Of a stretch of DNA of 64,000 bases, positions 45,542-58,052 are shown piece by piece. Both the position numbers and the translations under genes were made by a program. The notes under the pieces were generated by a model. The model was not told the origin of the DNA. It was given only the letters and a program-made list of their open reading frames with translations, and made no database searches. Numbering within the stretch: the stretch's first letter is position 1; each line of letters begins with the position of its first letter. Origin of the DNA: an uncultured Chloroflexia bacterium (GTDB lineage Bacteria; Chloroflexota; Limnocylindria; Limnocylindrales; CSP1-4); assembly GCA_963849495.1 (NCBI GenBank), contig CAWKHN010000009.1, positions 20,164-84,163 on the forward strand. Reading direction: 5' to 3'.

Positions 45542-46888
45542 TCAGGTCGCGGGCCGTCCCGGCAGACGCTCCGTCCGAGCCGCCTCCGCCTCTGCTCGCG
45601 GCACCGAGTAGGCGAGCAGGTACGGCGCCACCACGGTCGTGAGCACCACCGCGACGAGGATGGCGGCGAACAGCGACGCATCCACGACGCCCGTCAGAAG
45701 CGCCAGGTTCGCGACAACGATCCCGACCTCGCCGCGCGGCACCATTCCGAAGCCGACGGTCGCGGCACCCCACCTGCCGATCGAGCGGGCGCCGATCAGC
45801 CCACCCAGCGCCTTGGTCACGACGCCGACGACCGCCAGCGTGACGGCCAGTGCGAGGATCGAGGGGTCTCCCAGCGCCGAGAGATCCAGCTGGGCTCCCG
45901 TGACCGCGAAGAAGAACGGGGTGAAGATCGCCGCAAGGGGCCGGATGTCGCGCTCGACGTCCTCGCGAGCCTCGGTCTCGGCGACGATCAGACCCGCCAC
46001 GAAGGCGCCGATGATCGCAGCGAGCCCGATGGCGGCCGCCAGCAGAGCGGCGAACAGCATCACGATGAAGGCAGGCACCAGCGGCGTGTCGGCAAATCGC
46101 GGCCAGGTGAAGACCGTCGCCGGAAGGCCGCGGGCACGTCGCGCGGCGAGGAAGCCCAGCAGGACGAGGCCGACCCCGGCGACTCCCACGACGACCGTGT
46201 TTGCCGAGACGTTTCCTTCGGCCAGTCCCACGCCCAATCCGATCAGGACCAGGGCCAGGATGTCGTCCACGAGAGCGGCGCCGATGACGATCCGGGAGAA
46301 CGTGCGGTTGAGCACGCCCAGGTCACGCAGGACGCGGCTGGTGATACCGATGCTCGTGGCCGCCAGCGCAAGCCCGACGAACAACGCGGCCGTCGGCGTG
46401 GACCCCAGAGCCGCAGCAACGCCGAAGCCGGCGAGGATGGGCAGGATCATCGCGATGACCGCGGTGAGGACCGCGGGCCGGCCGACCTTGAACAGGTCGT
46501 CCGTGCGCACCTCCAGGCCGACCGAGAACAGCAGCAGGACGACACCGAGCTCGGCGAACACGAGCGCCGTGTCCCCGGGGGTGACCAGGCCGAGACCGAA
46601 CGGGCCTACGATGAAGCCGCCCATCAGCTCGCCCACCACGCCGGGCTGTCCGAGCCGACGGAGCACCTCCTCGCCGACCTTCGCCCCCATGAGCAGCACG
46701 AACAACGCGATCAGGGTGTCGACGACCTGCTCTGGTCCGCCGGCTGCGGGCGGGCTCACACCACCGCCGCCACCGATTGGCGCGAACCCGGCCAGCACCG
46801 GCGCCACAGGCGCGACAAGAACAGCCGCGCCCAGCAGAAGGACCACGATCGGGATCCTGCGACGGCTCGCCGGCGGCCGGGAGCTCAC
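45542..46888 (-). CDS. Cation:proton antiporter (CPA2, NapA-like)
   Basis: LFSVGLE, ATSIGIT, LVDDIL and PRGEVG motifs; GTGA overlap with the upstream gene. Confidence 0.9.
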   Translation of the reverse strand: MSSRPPASRRRIPIVVLLLGAAVLVAPVAPVLAGFAPIGGGGGVSPPAAGGPEQVVDTLIALFVLLMGAKVGEEVLRRLGQPGVVGELMGGFIVGPFGLGLVTPGDTALVFAELGVVLLLFSVGLEVRTDDLFKVGRPAVLTAVIAMILPILAGFGVAAALGSTPTAALFVGLALAATSIGITSRVLRDLGVLNRTFSRIVIGAALVDDILALVLIGLGVGLAEGNVSANTVVVGVAGVGLVLLGFLAARRARGLPATVFTWPRFADTPLVPAFIVMLFAALLAAAIGLAAIIGAFVAGLIVAETEAREDVERDIRPLAAIFTPFFFAVTGAQLDLSALGDPSILALAVTLAVVGVVTKALGGLIGARSIGRWGAATVGFGMVPRGEVGIVVANLALLTGVVDASLFAAILVAVVLTTVVAPYLLAYSVPRAEAEAARTERLPGRPAT

Positions 46889-48153
46889 TGGAGGTACCTG
46901 AGCCAGATGTATGCGGTCGCCATGAGGAGCGACATCACGGTCACCAGGACGCCGTACCGGAGGAAGGCAAGAAACCCGATGCGATGTCCCCCACGTGCCG
47001 CGAGGCTGGCCACCACGACGTTCGCCGACGCGCCGACAAGCGTCGCGTTTCCACCGAAGTCTGCGCCCATGGCAAGCGCCCACCAGCTGGGCTCGAGCGG
47101 CACTCCCTGACGACCCAGGTCGTGGACCAGAGGGATCATCGTGGCCGTGTACGGGATGTTGTCCACGATCCCCGATGCGATGCCGCTCAGCCACAGCAGT
47201 CCGATCACCGTCACGTTGCTGTCGCCCTTGGTCACGCGCAGCAGCAGCTCCGCGGCTCCTTCGATGATCCCGACCCGGACCACACCGGAGACGAGCATGA
47301 ACAGGCCGACGAAGAAGAACAGGGTCGGCCACTCGATCTCCCGCAGCACGGGTCCGGGCTCGATCCGCCCCACCAGCAACAGCACCGTGGCACCCAGCAG
47401 GGCAATCGTCGCTGCCTCGAGGCCGAGCGTGCGGTGGAACAGGAACCCGACGATCGTCACGCCGATCACCACGAGCGCGATACGCATCGTCCGGATGTCG
47501 TTGATGACCTCCAATTCATCGAGGCCCATCACCGCTTCCCGGACCCGTGCGTTCACGGCGAGGTTCCCCCGGAACATCACCCTGAGCATGACCAGCAGCA
47601 CTCCGAAGGTCAGCACGGCGATCGGTGCAAGGTTCGTCAGGAATGCGCCGAAGTCGAGTCCGGCAGCGGAGCCGATCAGGATGTTGGGAGGATCGCCGAT
47701 CAGGGTCGCCGTCCCTCCGACGTTCGAGGCGAAGATCAGCGTGATCAGGAACGGGATGGGTGACACCTGGAGCACGGACGCGACGTAGAGCGTCACCGGA
47801 GCCAGGAGCACCACGGTCGTCACGTTATCGAGGAACGCCGACAGGACGCCCGTGATGACGGCGAGGATCGCCATCAGCACATACGGGCGCCCGCCGGCCA
47901 GCTTCGCTGCCCGGATGCCCACCAGGGCGAAGAACCCCGTCCGTCCGAGGACATTGGCGAGCGCCATCATCCCCGCGAGCAGGAAGATGACGTTGAGGTC
48001 GATTGCGGCGAAGGCCTCCTCCTGGCTGACGATGCCGAAGGCGACCATGAGCAGGCCACCGAGAAGTGCCGCCACGGTCTTGTCGAGCCGGTCCGTGGCA
48101 ATGGCCGCGTAGGTCAGAAGGAACAGGACGGCCGCGATCCAGACGTCCATCAT
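46885..48153 (-). CDS. ArsB/NhaD (IT superfamily) transporter
   Basis: SAFLDNVTTV, ASNVGGTATLIGDPPNI, SGIVDNIP and GGNATLVGASAN motifs. Confidence 0.92.
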   Translation of the reverse strand: MMDVWIAAVLFLLTYAAIATDRLDKTVAALLGGLLMVAFGIVSQEEAFAAIDLNVIFLLAGMMALANVLGRTGFFALVGIRAAKLAGGRPYVLMAILAVITGVLSAFLDNVTTVVLLAPVTLYVASVLQVSPIPFLITLIFASNVGGTATLIGDPPNILIGSAAGLDFGAFLTNLAPIAVLTFGVLLVMLRVMFRGNLAVNARVREAVMGLDELEVINDIRTMRIALVVIGVTIVGFLFHRTLGLEAATIALLGATVLLLVGRIEPGPVLREIEWPTLFFFVGLFMLVSGVVRVGIIEGAAELLLRVTKGDSNVTVIGLLWLSGIASGIVDNIPYTATMIPLVHDLGRQGVPLEPSWWALAMGADFGGNATLVGASANVVVASLAARGGHRIGFLAFLRYGVLVTVMSLLMATAYIWLRYLQ

Positions 48154-48710
48154 GCCGCGCCGGTCGGCGATGGCCCCCCAGGCTGGGACGGCTTGGGCTC
48201 ACCCGCCTCCGGAGACGCCTCGAGTGCCTCTTCGAGCGCTCCCACGTAGCGCATCGCCAGCTCCTGGAGGTCCAGGTACCCGGTTGAGCGGCCGGCCGCG
48301 TCCACGACGTAGAGCCCGGAGAGGTGGCGCTGGTGCATCAGCCGGAAGGCCTCGGCGATCGTCGCGCGAGGTTCGATCGTCGCCGGCGGCAGCATGATCT
48401 CGGCGAGCGTCTTCGCTTCCATCGCGTGGCCGAAGTGCGCGACCTCGTCGATGTTCGGCAGATCGGCGAAGAAGGCCTCCGGAACGGCATGGGCGACCAC
48501 GGCCTCGGCGAGGCCCGAGACCGGGAGCACGCCCACGATCCGGCCGTCCGGACCGGCCACCGCGATCAGCCGCGTCGACGGCTGACGCGCGGAGCGGCGC
48601 AACGCATCGAGCAGGTTCGAATCCGCAGGAACGATGAGAGGCTCGATCGCGAGGAGGCCCTGGCAGTCCGCGACGGGCGTCCGCCGGGCGAGCGTCACTC
48701 CTTCGGTCAC
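48150..48710 (-). CDS. Tandem CBS-domain protein
   Basis: IAVAGPDGRIVGVL and LYVVDAAGRSTGYL CBS motifs; start approximate. Confidence 0.8.
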   Translation of the reverse strand: MTEGVTLARRTPVADCQGLLAIEPLIVPADSNLLDALRRSARQPSTRLIAVAGPDGRIVGVLPVSGLAEAVVAHAVPEAFFADLPNIDEVAHFGHAMEAKTLAEIMLPPATIEPRATIAEAFRLMHQRHLSGLYVVDAAGRSTGYLDLQELAMRYVGALEEALEASPEAGEPKPSQPGGPSPTGAA

Positions 48711-48858
48711 CCGTCCCGCTTGCCGCGGGCCGCCACCACCCACGACGCTGGACCGGCCCGGTCCGCGCCCATCGTCTGCGGCTCGGCCGCCGTTCGCGGC
48801 CCTGAATGAGAGAGTGTGCTCACCGCGCCAGTGTACGGGGCAGAGAGCCGCTGCTCCA

Positions 48859-50019
48859 CTACCACTCCGCCCTGCGCTGTCTGATGTTGACGCTCTGGAC
48901 GACCCCGAGGCCGATCGCGATGCTGACCAGTGATGCGCCGCCATAGGTCACGAACGGCAGCGGGATGCCCGTCACCGGCAGGATGCCGATGACCATCCCG
49001 ACATTCACGAACACCTGGAACAGGATCATCGACGCGAGGCCTGCGCCGAACAGGGTGCCGAACGGATCCTTCGAGCGCCACGCTGATACGAGGACGCGCC
49101 ACAGCAGTGCGGCGAACAACAGGAAGACCACGACGGCGCCGATGAACCCCAGTTCCTGGGCCAGGACGGCGAACACGAAGTCACTCTCCTGCACCGGCAG
49201 GAACTGCCCGCGCGTCTGCGAGCCATTCGTCAGCCCGGTGCCCAGGAACCTGCCCGATCCGACGGCGATCTGTGACTGGAGGACCTGCCAGCCGGACCCC
49301 TGTGTGTCGGCGGCGGGATTGAGGAACGAGAGGATCCGGTCCTTCTGGTAGTCGCGCAGCACATAGGTCCATGCGAGCGGGACCGCCGCGACGGCAGCGG
49401 CGACCATCGCCATCAGCCACTTCAGGCTGGCACCGGACATGAACAGCATCCCGGCCAGGATCGCGGCCAGCACCACGGACGTGCCGAGGTCCGGCTGCAT
49501 CATCACGAGCACGAGCGGCGGGGCCATCAGGATGCACGCGCCGGCGATCGAGGCCAGGGAATCGAGCCGCCGCTCACGGTCGCCGAGATAGCCGGCGAGC
49601 ACCGCGATCATGAGGATCTTCGCGAGCTCGGAGAACTGGAATGTGAATGGGCCGACCGAGACCCACCGCGCGGAGCCCCCGACCCCGTCACCGATGGCCA
49701 GGGTCATCACGAGCAGCCCGACGTTCGCCACGTAGATCGGCCAGCGCAGCGTCTTGAGCCAGCGGTAGTCGAACGCCGTCACGAGGACGAACACGACCAT
49801 CGCCAGGCCGGACCACATCAGCGCCCGGGAGAACACGGATCCATCGCTCAGTGCGGACTGCCCTGTCTCGACGCTGTTCACGTAGGCCATCACGAGGCCG
49901 ACCGCACCCAGCAGCGCCGCGTATGTCGTCAGCTGCAGGTCGTACGCGCGCCACACGGCCCCGACGGACCTCGCGGTCATGTCGGCGAAGCGGCTCGGCT
50001 CGGCTCGCATCACGCGCAT
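48859..50019 (-). CDS. rodA: Rod shape-determining SEDS protein RodA
   Basis: GSARWV, FQFSELAK, QPDLGT, YQKDRI, IAVGSG, FLPVQESDF and PLPFVTYGG; follows mrdA. Confidence 0.95.
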   Translation of the reverse strand: MRVMRAEPSRFADMTARSVGAVWRAYDLQLTTYAALLGAVGLVMAYVNSVETGQSALSDGSVFSRALMWSGLAMVVFVLVTAFDYRWLKTLRWPIYVANVGLLVMTLAIGDGVGGSARWVSVGPFTFQFSELAKILMIAVLAGYLGDRERRLDSLASIAGACILMAPPLVLVMMQPDLGTSVVLAAILAGMLFMSGASLKWLMAMVAAAVAAVPLAWTYVLRDYQKDRILSFLNPAADTQGSGWQVLQSQIAVGSGRFLGTGLTNGSQTRGQFLPVQESDFVFAVLAQELGFIGAVVVFLLFAALLWRVLVSAWRSKDPFGTLFGAGLASMILFQVFVNVGMVIGILPVTGIPLPFVTYGGASLVSIAIGLGVVQSVNIRQRRAEW

Positions 50020-50029
50020 CGTCGTCGGC

Positions 50030-51931
50030 TCAGTTGCTGCCGTAGAAGTTGGTCTTCGTGAGCAGCTGGGGCAGCAGGTAGTTGTGCTTGATCTTGAAGT
50101 GGTACTGGAGGAAGGCCTTCACGATCTCGGTGCCCGCGTTGCCCAGCGTCTGCGAGTCGTACGCGAACGCAAGGAACACGAGCTGCGAGTCGGTCTTGGT
50201 GAAGTCGGCCTTGTAGGGGTCCTTGGGGACGAAGCCGACGAACCACGAGTGGTACGGGAGACGGCCCTTCGAGTCGCGCAGGCCGAACTCCGCCGTTCCG
50301 GATTTGCCGGCCACCTTCACGGGCATGTCGACGAGGTTGTACGTGTGGCGGAGGAGGACGGTGTTGCGGGCCGCCAGGCGCATCGTGAGCAGGGTCTGCT
50401 GGGACACGTTCATCGTCCGGACGAGGTCCGGCGTGAACGGCTTGATCACCGTGCCATCCGGGCCGAGGACATCCTCGACCAGCTGCGGGCGGTAGATCTT
50501 GCCGCCGTTGGCGAGGGCCGCGTAGGCGTTGATGAGCTGGAGGGGGGTGACCATGTCGTACCCCTGCCCGATGCCGGCCTGGTAGACCTCGCCCGGGAAC
50601 ATCGGCTGGCCCAGCGTGTCCATCTTCCACTGGTTCGACGGGACGATGCCCGCGACCTCGCCCGGCAGGTCGATCCCGGTCGGGGAGCCGAACCCGAACT
50701 GGTCGCCCCAGTACGCGAGGCGATCTGCGCCCAGCATCCCGGCGACCTGGTAGAAGAACGTGTCCGACGAGTGTCCGAAGCCGCAGTAGATGTCGCACTG
50801 CCCGAAGCCCAGGTGGTTCCAGTCCCAGAACTTCGTCGACCCCAGGGTGAGATAGGGGCGCGTCGTCAGGCGCGTCGTCGCGGTGATCTTCTTGTCCTGG
50901 AGGGCGCCCGCCCCCGTGACCAGCTTGTAGGTCGATCCGGGCGGGAAATACGCCTGCACGGCCTCGTTGGTGAGCGGTTTGTTCGGGTCGTTCACCAGGG
51001 AGGAGAACTCCTTGCTCGAGATGCCCTTCGCGAACAGGTTGTCGTCGTAGGAGGGCAGGCTGACCATCGCGAGGATCTCGCCCGTCTGCGGGTTCATCGC
51101 GATGAACACACCGCGCTTCAGGCCCGCGGTCTTCATGCCCCATTCGAGCGCCTTCTGGGCATCCTCCTGGACGGTGGTGTCGATCGTGAGCTTGAGGGAC
51201 GCACCCGGGACGGCCTGCTTGAGCGTCTGCAGGACCTGCACGTCCTGGCCCGTTGCGTCCCGCTCGACGAGCTCCATGCCATACGTGCCCCGAAGCGTCG
51301 ACTCGAACGAGGCCTCGAGGCCCGCCTCGCCGATCAGGTCGTCGGGCAGATATCCATCCGGGGCGAGCTTGGCGAGAGAGGCAGCGTTGATCGCGCCCGT
51401 GTACCCGAGGATGTCGGCCATCAGCGCGCCCTCGGGATATTCGCGGCGCGTCTCGACGACAACCTGGACGCCGGGGAGCTGGTCGGCGGATTCGGAGATG
51501 AACCGCGCGGTCGCCTCCGGCACATCCTGCGCGACGCGAACCGGGTCGAAACGTGAGCCGGGCGCGTTGTCGAGCGTGGCGAGGATGTCCGATGGATCCA
51601 GGCCAAGCAGGCCTGCGAGTCGCTGCGCGACATCTTCCCGCTGACTGAACGGAAGATCCGCAGGCGTGATCTTGACGCTGAATGAGGCGACGTTCGCGAC
51701 CAGGACGCGGCCCTGCGAGTCGTAGATCAGCCCGCGTGGCGCCGGCAGCGGCACCTCGACCGTCCGGTTCGCCTCCGCCTGTGCGGCATACGCGGAACCA
51801 CTCGCGATCTGGAGGTAGGCCAACCGGGTTGTCAGCAGCCCGAAGACCAGGATCGTCACGATCCCGAACGTCAGGAACCGGATTGGGCGACGATCGCGTT
51901 GCGGTCGCGGCCCGAGATAGTCGTCGATCAC
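50030..51931 (-). CDS. mrdA: Penicillin-binding protein 2
   Basis: APRGLIYD, GSTYK (SxxK), SSDTFFY and KSGTAE motifs. Confidence 0.95.
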   Translation of the reverse strand: MIDDYLGPRPQRDRRPIRFLTFGIVTILVFGLLTTRLAYLQIASGSAYAAQAEANRTVEVPLPAPRGLIYDSQGRVLVANVASFSVKITPADLPFSQREDVAQRLAGLLGLDPSDILATLDNAPGSRFDPVRVAQDVPEATARFISESADQLPGVQVVVETRREYPEGALMADILGYTGAINAASLAKLAPDGYLPDDLIGEAGLEASFESTLRGTYGMELVERDATGQDVQVLQTLKQAVPGASLKLTIDTTVQEDAQKALEWGMKTAGLKRGVFIAMNPQTGEILAMVSLPSYDDNLFAKGISSKEFSSLVNDPNKPLTNEAVQAYFPPGSTYKLVTGAGALQDKKITATTRLTTRPYLTLGSTKFWDWNHLGFGQCDIYCGFGHSSDTFFYQVAGMLGADRLAYWGDQFGFGSPTGIDLPGEVAGIVPSNQWKMDTLGQPMFPGEVYQAGIGQGYDMVTPLQLINAYAALANGGKIYRPQLVEDVLGPDGTVIKPFTPDLVRTMNVSQQTLLTMRLAARNTVLLRHTYNLVDMPVKVAGKSGTAEFGLRDSKGRLPYHSWFVGFVPKDPYKADFTKTDSQLVFLAFAYDSQTLGNAGTEIVKAFLQYHFKIKHNYLLPQLLTKTNFYGSN

Positions 51932-52428
51932 CAGTCAGCCCGTTCCGTTTGCTTTCGTCGCGCCACGATCGCCACGATCAGCGGCCCGAAGGCGGCTGCC
52001 AGGAGAGTGTCGTACACAGCCGAGGGAACAACGGCGGCCAGTGACACATCGGCGAGGGAGGCGTTGGTCAGCGTGGTCGTGGTGATCAGCAGCAGCATGG
52101 AGTACAGAAGGCTCGTGACGATGGTGGCAGCAATCGGAGCAGCGATCCTGACCCGGCCCATGACGCCGCCGATGAGATAGGCGACGCCGATGGCGATCAA
52201 GAGCGAGAAGGCCGACGACCCGAGTGGTCGTTGGCTCAGGATGTCCAGCGCAAGGCCGCCAACAAAGGCCCACGAAAGGCCGGCTTCGAGCCCGCCCGCG
52301 ATAACCCAGATGACGCCGAAGGCGAGCACCGGGTGAAGGGTGGCCTCGCCGATCTTGAGATAGGGAACAACCGTGAACTCGGCGAGCGCAGCCACCACGG
52401 CAAGCGCCGCGGCGATTGTCATTTGCAT
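51928..52428 (-). CDS. mreD: Rod shape-determining protein MreD
   Basis: Hydrophobic ~165 aa with WAFVGGLALDILSQRPLGSSA; overlaps the mrdA start. Confidence 0.88.
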   Translation of the reverse strand: MQMTIAAALAVVAALAEFTVVPYLKIGEATLHPVLAFGVIWVIAGGLEAGLSWAFVGGLALDILSQRPLGSSAFSLLIAIGVAYLIGGVMGRVRIAAPIAATIVTSLLYSMLLLITTTTLTNASLADVSLAAVVPSAVYDTLLAAAFGPLIVAIVARRKQTERADW

Positions 52429-52581
52429 GTGGCGTTCGATCCTCGGCAGACGAGCCGACGGTCTGGCGCAGGCGGTTGGCGTCCGCGACGACGGAGTGGC
52501 AGCAACGTCGTGCGAAGTATCCCACGAGCCTTGGGATCGAGCAATCGCCGGAGCTCCCTTCCGATGGGTATGGCGGCCCAA

Positions 52582-52597
52582 CGTTTCACGTGAAACA
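52582..52597. other. parS: parS centromere-like site
   Basis: CGTTTCACGTGAAACA, 15/16 match to TGTTTCACGTGAAACA, 225 bp upstream of parA. Confidence 0.9.
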
Positions 52598-52777
52598 TCG
52601 GACTCCGGGCACGTTGCGTGACTGATTCCCTCGTGCCCACTCGCCTGCAGCCAGATGCCTCAGGTCGCACACGGGCCCGGCCTCGGTCGTGCTGGGCGGA
52701 ACGTAAGTCGCAGCCAACTGGCCGCAGGCAGCATGCAGCCACCGGCCTGCCCCATCCGGTGGGCAACGGGGCGCCAA

Positions 52778-52786
52778 TGCTAGAAT
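52778..52786 (+). promoter_or_regulatory. Extended -10 promoter of the parA operon
   Basis: TGcTAGAAT, with SD GGGAGG at 52812-52817 before GTG 52822. Confidence 0.6.
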
Positions 52787-52821
52787 TTGAGTTCATGAGC
52801 ACGATTTGGACGGGAGGCTGA

Positions 52822-53681
52822 GTGGGCCAGACGATCGCCTGCACAAATCAGAAGGGCGGCGTCGGGAAGACCACCACCGTGGTCAATCTCGCAACCTATC
52901 TCGCACTCCTCGGTGACCGCGTCCTCGTCATCGACCTCGATCCACAGGGCAACGCAACGAGCGGGTTCGGGATCGATCGGACCATGCTGACGGCGTCGAT
53001 CTACGACGCCCTGGTGAACGGAAGACCCCTGTCATCGCTGCATGTCGCAACACCCGTGGAGGGTCTGCGGCTCGTCCCCTCCTCGATCGCGCTCGCAGGG
53101 GCAGAGGTGGAGCTGGCGGTCGAGGAAGGTCGGGAGCGACGCTTCGGTCGAGCGGTCCGGGCGGAGCAGGATGCCTGGGACTGGGTCCTCGTCGATTGCC
53201 CGCCGTCGCTCGGCCTGCTGACGGTCAATGCCCTCACGGGCTGCGATGCCGTGCTCATTCCCATCCAGTGCGAGTACTACGCGCTCGAGGGTCTGACGCA
53301 GCTGATCGCGACGGTGAACCTCGTTCGTGATCACCTGAACCCGGACCTCGCGATCTCAGGCGTCGTGCTCACCATGTTCGATGCGCGGACCAACCTGTCC
53401 AACGACGTTGCTGCAGAGGTTCGCCGTCACCTGCGCGACGCGGTGTTCGACACGATCGTCCCAAGGAGCGTGCGTCTCTCGGAAGCCCCGAGCCACGGGC
53501 TTCCGATTGCGCTCTACCGACCCGACTCCAAGGGAGCAGAGGCCTACGCCGCGCTTGCCGTGGAACTGCGCGCGCGACGTTCGCGCGCCACCGGCGTGTC
53601 GCCGGTTCCGGTCGGCGGTCTGGTCCGGGGGGCGTCCGGCACGCACGCTCCAACGGCATCCATGCTCGCGGGTTCTCCGGC

Positions 53682-53685
<4 letters not shown>
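52822..53685 (+). CDS. parA: Chromosome partitioning ATPase ParA/Soj
   Basis: NQKGGVGKTTT, IDLDPQGNAT, DCPPSLG, PIQCEYYALEG and RSVRLSEAPSHG motifs. Confidence 0.97.
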
Positions 53686-57037
<3,352 letters not shown>

Positions 57038-57041
<4 letters not shown>

Positions 57042-58009
57042 TCGCGACCGGTGTCGCCACCGAGCGTGCTCGTGCCCTGGTCGCCGAGCGCCGGCTCGCC
57101 GCCCTCGATCTGGGGCGGCGAGCGGGCGACCTTGCGCAGGATCCGGGTGCGGTGGTGTCCGTCCTGCGTGCCGGCCTCGCCGGCCTCGCCGACGGCGAGT
57201 ACCTGGACGGGCAGCGTCGCGTGGCGCCCGGGATCGGCCCCATCCTCGGGGTGCGCCGACCGCTTCTGACCGCCGTCACCGCCGGGCTGCGCGCCGCGAC
57301 GCGCCGCGATTCAACCACGACCCTGCTCGCCATCGCCGAGCGCTTGATGCGTGAGGATCTGCTCGATCTCCATTGGCTCGCGTTCCCGCTCCTCGACCGG
57401 TCGATCGCCCGGGACCCGGAACAGACATGGCAGCTCGTCCGCGCCGAGGCGCGTCGCGCCGGCGACTGGATCACCGTGGACTCGCTGGCCCATGTCGCCG
57501 GTGGCGGCATCCTGCGCGAGACCTACCGGTGGGCGGAGCTGGAGCAGCTCGTCTACTCGCCGTCCCGCTGGGAACGCCGGCTCGTCGGCTCGACCATCGC
57601 TACGATCCCGTACATCGACCGCACGGCCGGTCGCGGACCCCAGGTATCGAGCCACGGGCTGGAGATCCTGCGGGGACTCATCGGTGACGCGGAGCCGGAT
57701 GTCCAGAAGGCCATCTCGTGGGCGCTCCGGTCCCTGTCGCTCGTGGACGAGGCGGCAACGGTCGCATTCCTCCGGCGCGAAGCCGAGCTCGCCGCACGAA
57801 CCGGTGACGGTCACCGCGCCTGGGTCATCCGCGACGCGCGCGAAAAGCTGGCGCCGCGGACGCAGGCCGAGCTCGGCGCCATCCTCGCCGGCATCCGCAA
57901 GAGACCGGGCGCCGGATCCACGTCCCGTGCCGCGGAAGCCGCCGCGGGCTTCGTCGACCTCGGCATCACGGTCCACCCGGCCGAGCGGCCCATCCTTCCG
58001 CGACCGTGA
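57038..58009 (+). CDS. DNA alkylation repair protein (AlkD-like HEAT repeat)
   Basis: GDWITVDSLA, SRWERRL and DVQKAISWALR motifs. Confidence 0.8.
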
Positions 58010-58052
58010 CCACCCCGACCCCTGATCCCACCCGACGGAGGAGAGCCACCTC

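Noticed and set aside
52416-52625. Possible rsmG (gidB) or mreC remnant between mreD and parA
   Set aside because: Only a vague KYP..LGI resemblance in one plus frame and no MreC-like residues in the minus frames; not supportable.
52430-52820. oriC candidate
   Set aside because: No TTATCCACA-type boxes or AT-rich unwinding element seen, and dnaA is not in the window.
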